Below are positions 58,906 through 64,000 of a stretch of DNA of 64,000 bases, piece by piece. Position 1 is the first letter of the stretch; every line of letters begins with the position of its first letter. The notes beneath the pieces were generated by a model. That model ran no database searches. It had not been told where the DNA came from and saw only the letters and a program-made list of their open reading frames with translations. The DNA is from Candidatus Bathyarchaeia archaeon (lineage in GTDB: Archaea; Thermoproteota; Bathyarchaeia; Bathyarchaeales; Bathycorpusculaceae). Both the position numbers and the translations under genes were made by a program. The stretch is taken from NCBI GenBank assembly GCA_038727135.1, contig JAVYWL010000001.1, positions 512,001 to 576,000 of the forward strand, written 5' to 3'.

Positions 58906-60363
58906 TTATTCTACATGTACTCTGTAGACGTCTATGTCTTCCCTCATTTCTGGTGTTAACTCTAGGAACTCCCTAACGGATCTTTCAATATCTTTTGACT
59001 GCGTTACATAGCGTCCAACAACAACTATGTCGGCGCCCTTCTCTAACGCCTCTTTCGCGGTTTCTGGAATTATCCCACCAGCCACGGCTATAAGGAACTT
59101 CTTATCCTTGAATGCTTGCCTAAGTTCTTGAATAAGCTCTAGTCCAATGGTTCTGCCGGTCTCCTCGTCTATGCCCCTATGAATAATGATAATGTCTGGA
59201 AAGTCTCTGAGAGTTTTGAGTTTTTTTATCGGGTCTTCAACATTAAGCATGTCAATAGCCGCATAAATCCCAAGCCTTTTCGCCTCATAAATGAAGGCGT
59301 CTAAGGTTTCGGTGGGCGCTAAACCAGCCGCTATGACACCGTCAGCCGTCTCTTCATAGGCTATGTCCACTTCCACCTTCCCAACGTCGAGAGTCTTCAA
59401 ATCCGCCATGAAGAATATGTCTTTGGCGACCTCTCTAAGCTCGCTTATCACTTTGGTGCCGTAACGCTTTATGAGCGGTGTGCCAGCCTCCAGAATTATT
59501 CTGTCGCTTCTTGGAATTTGCATGATAATCTTCTTAGTTCGCTCTAAGTCAGGTATGTCGAGGGAAATCTGCAGGTAAGGTGGCCTCCAAAGGCGTGGCA
59601 CTCTGTAACCCAGCATTGGATGCTTAGCCCTATCCTTGTCGTAGAAGACCTTCTCCAGTGAGGGATACCTCGCCATAGCCCTCTTCAAAGCCAACTTCGT
59701 TGCGCTATAATTGTAATGGTATATTTTTCGGTAGTCACTAGCCTTCGGATGGACAAAGACGCTGCACACGACAACCCAGTCGTCAACCTTATCTTTCGGG
59801 ATTATGCCCTCTTCAACAGCATCTGCAATGGCCTTAGCAACAGCCGCTTGAGCCGGGCCAAAAACTTTGTTGGCATCCTCAAGATTCTTTATTGTCACTT
59901 TGGGCACAAGCAAAGTATGCGGTTTAGGCGGAAGATTAGGCCTAATAACAGCCAAAAGTGGCGTGTGCCCCATAGAAAGGTGCGCCAGACCATTTGCAAA
60001 GGCCTCGCCAACAGGCCCATCCTTGTCGCCTATTAAGAGGTCTATATGAGCAACTTCGTTCCCTTCTCCGACAAGAGCCTCTCCGATAAGATAAGTGTAA
60101 CCTTTAGAAGGCTGCGGAACACCCGACACTTCAGCAGCAGAAACGCCAGCAGCAACCTCATCAAAATCGACATTAAACTCCCTAAGCCAGGAATAAAGCG
60201 TATCCCTATGAATCCCTAAAATTTTTGCTGTCCCGGAAACTGTTGCCTTTGCAGGTTTACCCGACAGAAGAGTGCGTGCTTCCACCTCTTTCCTAGCGGC
60301 ATCCGTCAAAATTCTGACGAATTCTTCACGAGTTTCAGGCTTCTTAAAGTACCTTTCCGACAT
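58906..60363 (-). CDS. fae-hps: Formaldehyde-activating enzyme/3-hexulose-6-phosphate synthase with an extra N-terminal HTH
   Basis: IGEALVGEGNEVAHIDL and FGPAQAAVAKA (Fae); LQISLD, EAGTPLIK, DLKTLDVG (Hps); TAKILGIHRDTLYSWL (HTH). Confidence 0.92.
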   Translation of the reverse strand: MSERYFKKPETREEFVRILTDAARKEVEARTLLSGKPAKATVSGTAKILGIHRDTLYSWLREFNVDFDEVAAGVSAAEVSGVPQPSKGYTYLIGEALVGEGNEVAHIDLLIGDKDGPVGEAFANGLAHLSMGHTPLLAVIRPNLPPKPHTLLVPKVTIKNLEDANKVFGPAQAAVAKAIADAVEEGIIPKDKVDDWVVVCSVFVHPKASDYRKIYHYNYSATKLALKRAMARYPSLEKVFYDKDRAKHPMLGYRVPRLWRPPYLQISLDIPDLERTKKIIMQIPRSDRIILEAGTPLIKRYGTKVISELREVAKDIFFMADLKTLDVGKVEVDIAYEETADGVIAAGLAPTETLDAFIYEAKRLGIYAAIDMLNVEDPIKKLKTLRDFPDIIIIHRGIDEETGRTIGLELIQELRQAFKDKKFLIAVAGGIIPETAKEALEKGADIVVVGRYVTQSKDIERSVREFLELTPEMREDIDVYRVHVE

Positions 60364-60497
60364 TTACCGCTTCCTCCAGAGATGTAATTCTTTGAAGAGT
60401 TATTTAAATTTGTCGGATCATATGTCGACTTAGGTTGGTTCTTGTAAATTATGTTTTCAAATATGTCGGATATTATCATTGTATACAGAAATGTTTT

Positions 60498-60575
60498 TGG
60501 TGCTCCGGCCGGGATTTGAACCCGGGTCCGCGGCTCGAGAGGCCGCTATACTTGACCGGACTATACTACCGGAGC
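60498..60575 (-). tRNA. tRNA-Glu(CTC)
   Basis: Cloverleaf with GCGGC-CTCTCGA-GCCGC anticodon arm, GGTTCAAATCC T-arm, encoded CCA. Confidence 0.96.
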
Positions 60576-60607
60576 CTTTAGCCAAGTAATATTTCATGAT
60601 GGCTGTA

Positions 60608-60991
60608 TTAATTTGCTTTCCTCTTATCCTTTCCTTTATCTTTTTCTTCTTTTTCTTTTAGTTTTAGTTCTTCGACCGTGTGTGCTTTTTGGAGTTGTTT
60701 CATGTACCACGCTCTTTCCTTGGCGTAGTGAATGCTTAGGGCTATGCCTAAAATGAGGAGGACTAAGCCCGCTAGTGTTAGGGATAAGCCTAAAAAGCTG
60801 TAGGGATGTGATGTTAGATGGTATGGTATTATTAGGAACCATTCTGGGTTTTCTACTGTTATGACGGTTTCTAGGAGGCCTCCGACGAAGAATATCGCGC
60901 CTATTATGGTTATTAGGTATCCTATTGTTTCGTTGTGTCTTGATTCTTCGGCCTTTTCATGAAGGTATTCGCTAAGAAGCATTAAATCCAC
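60608..60991 (-). CDS. Two-TM membrane protein
   Basis: Two hydrophobic helices and a charged tail. Confidence 0.7.
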   Translation of the reverse strand: MDLMLLSEYLHEKAEESRHNETIGYLITIIGAIFFVGGLLETVITVENPEWFLIIPYHLTSHPYSFLGLSLTLAGLVLLILGIALSIHYAKERAWYMKQLQKAHTVEELKLKEKEEKDKGKDKRKAN

Positions 60992-61139
60992 GATTTGTGG
61001 CGTGGGGTGGATGGCTATAAATGTTATTTTGAATTCCGAATTCCAGAATGCTTTCCGACATGGTGAGTGGCTAATTCAGGTTTAGAAAAGCCTATATGCA
61101 TAGCTACTGTTAGTCGTTTGTTGCAACGGCTAAAGTGGT

Positions 61140-61760
61140 TTGATGCCTTTCAAAGACGAGTGTCAACTTTGTGGAAGGGTTCTTCCCTACAATTATCTTA
61201 GGCGGTGTTGGAGATGCGGGAAGCTCTTCTGCATAGACTGTATGGTTCCAGAAGTATCAACCGGAGACGCTTCAAGACTGCTTTGCCTTAACTGTGCAAG
61301 GAAGATTGTTTCTCCAAAGTCTAAAGCCAAATACGAGCCTCTTAAGGGATATTTGAAGTTTAGGGCAGCATTCACAGATTCCGTTAAGCTGTCTTTTGCC
61401 CAAATAGACGGGATTATCGGGGATAATCTTCCAATGGAGGCTTACCGCTCTGAAAGCTGGTGGGCAAATTCTCCTGACACTGTGCATGCGCGGTCTTGGC
61501 TTGATGCCGGATGGGAAACCAGCGAAGTGAACTTGAAAGAAGGTTATGTAATCTTCCGAAAAGTGAAGAAAATTCCATGTGTGGATCTTCCAAAGAAAAG
61601 GGAGGCTGAGGAGCCGAAAAAGCCGTTTACACCGCCGCCCTCAAGGATTATGCGACGCAAGAGGCCTTCAAAAACAAAGATTGCAAAGCTTTACGCTAGG
61701 CTTAAAAACTTGGAGAGGCAGAAGACTGCTCCCAAAAAGCTTAGAGGCAGCTTCAAATAG
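61140..61760 (+). CDS. Cys-rich Zn-finger domain fused to a 'WWAN'-motif domain
   Basis: Four CxxC pairs, then KYEPL..YL...LSFAQIDGIIG..LP..A....WWAN...SWLDAGW. Confidence 0.75.
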   Translation: MMPFKDECQLCGRVLPYNYLRRCWRCGKLFCIDCMVPEVSTGDASRLLCLNCARKIVSPKSKAKYEPLKGYLKFRAAFTDSVKLSFAQIDGIIGDNLPMEAYRSESWWANSPDTVHARSWLDAGWETSEVNLKEGYVIFRKVKKIPCVDLPKKREAEEPKKPFTPPPSRIMRRKRPSKTKIAKLYARLKNLERQKTAPKKLRGSFK

Positions 61761-61812
61761 AAAACTGGTAAGAATTTTTATTTATCCGTTTTGAATTTAG
61801 GAAAAGTGTTGT

Positions 61813-61921
61813 GCGGCCGTCGTCTAGTCTGGTTAGGACACAGACGCTGTAAAGGCGGTTAACGGCGTGTGGAGGCCTTCCAAGCCTGCGATCCCGGGTT
61901 CGAATCCCGGCGGCCGCACCA
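61813..61921 (+). tRNA. tRNA-Gly(TCC) with 31-nt non-canonical intron (~61844-61874)
   Basis: Removing the intron gives CAGGC-CTTCCAA-GCCTG; encoded CCA. Confidence 0.92.
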
Positions 61922-61937
61922 TAAAAGATGACCAGCC

Positions 61938-62183
61938 ATGAGCGAACACCGCGTACGGAAATGTCCTCTCTGCAATGTTGAGCTGCAGTTTGCGCAGAAG
62001 GTGCCTTTCCGGATTAAGGGCACCTCTGGCGTGTGGAAACTTTTCTTTGGAGAACTAGCCGAGCTTGGCGAAGAGTTATTGTCCTTTGAGCTCTATGTGT
62101 GCCCAAAATGCGGAGAAGTTAGGTTCTTTGCCGATGAAAAATCAAAGCAGTCCTTGTTAAGGCTAACGCCTAAACAATCCTGA
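61938..62183 (+). CDS. Small Zn-ribbon protein
   Basis: CPLC...YVCPKCGEVRFF. Confidence 0.7.
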   Translation: MSEHRVRKCPLCNVELQFAQKVPFRIKGTSGVWKLFFGELAELGEELLSFELYVCPKCGEVRFFADEKSKQSLLRLTPKQS

Positions 62184-62238
62184 AAATTGTCTATATGTGG
62201 AGTTAAGCAATCATGGGAAAGGCTAGTTTGCAGAATTT

Positions 62239-62348
62239 TGGCGGGCCCGCGGGGATTTGAACCCCGGTTCTCCGGCTCCGGAGGCTTGCGCACATACATG
62301 CTTGTGCATGCACATTCGGCGCCTTAATCCATACTGGGCTACGGGCCC
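62239..62348 (-). tRNA. tRNA-Arg(CCG) with 31-nt intron at position 29/30 (62286-62316)
   Basis: BHB motif (GCGC/GCGC helix, CGA and AAG bulges); spliced arm CCGGC-CTCCGGA-GCCGG; encoded CCA. Confidence 0.95.
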
Positions 62349-62393
62349 TCAAGGATAAGTTGCACTTACTTGGAATTATTTGTTGTTGTGCTG

Positions 62394-62894
62394 CTAGATT
62401 TCTATTAGTTCTTCGTTTATCCACCATGCCTTTTTCTTTCCGCCCTTTTCTCCCGGATAATATTCGATTATGGGTTTGCCCAGCTGCTTTTTTGAGGCTT
62501 TTTCTATTCTTCTTAGGCGGTTTAGGATTAGCCACCTGTTTGTTTTTGTGTATTCGGCTAGTTCTGGTGTTGTTGCGCCCTTATAGTGTATGAGGTAGTC
62601 GACTATTTTGTGGTCCAGTTCGTCGATGCAAAAGGTATGCGGGTTTGTTTTTCCCCTTTCATAGGTGAGCAGTTCCAAGTCTGCAAGATACTTTCTTATT
62701 TGGGAGAATTCAGCCTCAAGCTTTTCCAGTCGCTTCTCTAATTCGAGGATTTTGTCGGGTTTGGGTGTTTTTTGAAGCTTTTCTATTATGGCGTCTCTTA
62801 TGAAGTTGCTTCTTTCGCCTTCTGGGACTCGTAAAAGAAGCTCCTTGTAAACTTCGTCGGGTATCTTTACTGAAATTACTCTTAACTCGCTCAT
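62394..62894 (-). CDS. Ribbon-helix-helix + coiled-coil + winged-helix protein
   Basis: VISVKIPDEVY...RSNFIRDAIIEKL (RHH); LDHKIVDYL...ATTPELAE...ILNRLRRI (wHTH). Confidence 0.75.
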   Translation of the reverse strand: MSELRVISVKIPDEVYKELLLRVPEGERSNFIRDAIIEKLQKTPKPDKILELEKRLEKLEAEFSQIRKYLADLELLTYERGKTNPHTFCIDELDHKIVDYLIHYKGATTPELAEYTKTNRWLILNRLRRIEKASKKQLGKPIIEYYPGEKGGKKKAWWINEELIEI

Positions 62895-62999
62895 ATGCTT
62901 ATACGCCCTTTCATGTTGGCTGTTCTCTATTTCTTTCGGAAATCTTTTAAAAGCTAGAGGGTAAACTCTAGACCGAGTTCCGATTCAAAGTGGTATATC

Positions 63000-64000
63000 A
63001 TGTCTAGAAAAACCACAATTTCCCTTATAAAATGTGATGTTGGCTCCCTGGCGGGACATCATGTTGTCCCAAAACCCCTACTAAACATTGGAGAGAGAAA
63101 CCTAAAAAAAGCCAAGGAAGAGGGCCTAATCAACAGTTATTACGTTTTCAATGTTGGCGACGACTTAGAGCTATTAATAGTGCATGAGCGAGGCGAATCC
63201 AGTCCTGAAATTCATAGGCTTGCATGGAACACTTTTCAGGAAGCTGCCAACAAAGCCTTGGAACTGAAGCTTTATGGTGCTGGACAAGACTTGCTAAAGA
63301 ACGCTTTCAGCGGGACGGTCCGTGGACTTGGCCCCGGAGTGGCTGAAATGGAGATTGAGGAGCGAAAATCCGAACCAATAGTTGTTTTTGCAGCTGATAA
63401 GACTTCGGCTGGAAGCTTTAATCTGCCTCTTTTCAGGATTTTTGCCGATCCTATGAATACCGCTGGACTTGTGATAGATCCAAACATGGCTGGCGGTTTC
63501 AAGTTTGAGGTTGTTGATGCCCAAGAGGGTAAGAAAGTTGTGCTTGAATGTCCAGAGGAAATGTATGAGCTTGTCGCCCTAATTGGGACTGTTGAGCGTT
63601 ACATAGTTTCTCGGGTTTGGCGCCGCAGAGACGATTTAATATGCGCTTCTGGCAGTGTGACGAAGCTTTCGCTGATCGCTGGAAAATATGTTGGAAAAGA
63701 TGACCCGGTGATGATTGTTCGAACACAGCACGGTTTGCCAGCCGTTGGAGAGGTTCTAGCACCCTTCATGCACAGTTATTTGGTGGCTGGTTGGATGAGG
63801 GGAAGCCACTGGGGACCGCTGATGCCTGTTGGTTTGAAGGATGCTCGGTGCACGCTTTTTGATGGACCGCCGCGAATGGTGGCTTTAGGCTTTCAAGTTG
63901 CAGATGGTGCAATAGCAAGCGATGATGATGGCAAGCCCATGATAACAGACTTTTTCGCTGACCCAGCATTTGCCCTTGCGAGAAAGGAGGCATTGAAATA
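63000..64000 (+). CDS. fbp: Fructose-1,6-bisphosphate aldolase/phosphatase (runs off window end)
   Basis: Not in ORF track: MSRKTTISLIKCDVGSLAGHH...VGDD...LYGAGQDLL...GPGVAEM...ADKT...YVGKDDP...GWMRGSH. Confidence 0.95.
   Translation, partial: MSRKTTISLIKCDVGSLAGHHVVPKPLLNIGERNLKKAKEEGLINSYYVFNVGDDLELLIVHERGESSPEIHRLAWNTFQEAANKALELKLYGAGQDLLKNAFSGTVRGLGPGVAEMEIEERKSEPIVVFAADKTSAGSFNLPLFRIFADPMNTAGLVIDPNMAGGFKFEVVDAQEGKKVVLECPEEMYELVALIGTVERYIVSRVWRRRDDLICASGSVTKLSLIAGKYVGKDDPVMIVRTQHGLPAVGEVLAPFMHSYLVAGWMRGSHWGPLMPVGLKDARCTLFDGPPRMVALGFQVADGAIASDDDGKPMITDFFADPAFALARKEALK

Noticed and set aside
61031-61045. GAATTCC tandem duplication
   Set aside because: Only two 7-bp copies, compatible with chance
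62203-62593. ORFs overlapping tRNA-Arg and the RHH-wHTH gene
   Set aside because: Shadow frames of a clear tRNA and a better-supported CDS
1-64000. CRISPR array, rRNA genes, IS transposases
   Set aside because: No regularly spaced 24-40-bp repeats, rRNA-like sequence or transposase ORF seen

Overview
Archaeal chromosomal window. Gene content (DP2 polymerase, Elf1, Alba, Pus10, XPD/XPF, Fae-Hps, FBP aldolase/phosphatase, tRNAs with non-canonical introns) fits a TACK-group archaeon, most likely Bathyarchaeia; this taxonomy is an inference. It opens with orc1/cdc6 and an ORB-bearing replication origin, followed by three HTH genes with dense YGTGAW repeat clusters between and around them. Most of the window is housekeeping genes for translation, transcription, a 2-oxoacid oxidoreductase, PpsA and NAD metabolism. 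The clearest accessory feature is a 4,774-bp AT-rich element, almost free of CG dinucleotides, integrated into the first codons of an adenylyl-sulfate-kinase-like gene. Its 22-bp att core is open on both strands, so integration appears to split the integrase 5' end and swap start codons between the host gene and an element micro-ORF. Other items: an HTH-Fae-Hps fusion with candidate operator repeats, a C/D-box sRNA, a double-frameshifted aminotransferase, and three tRNAs, two with 31-nt introns in the anticodon stem. All counts are manual and no database searches were run.
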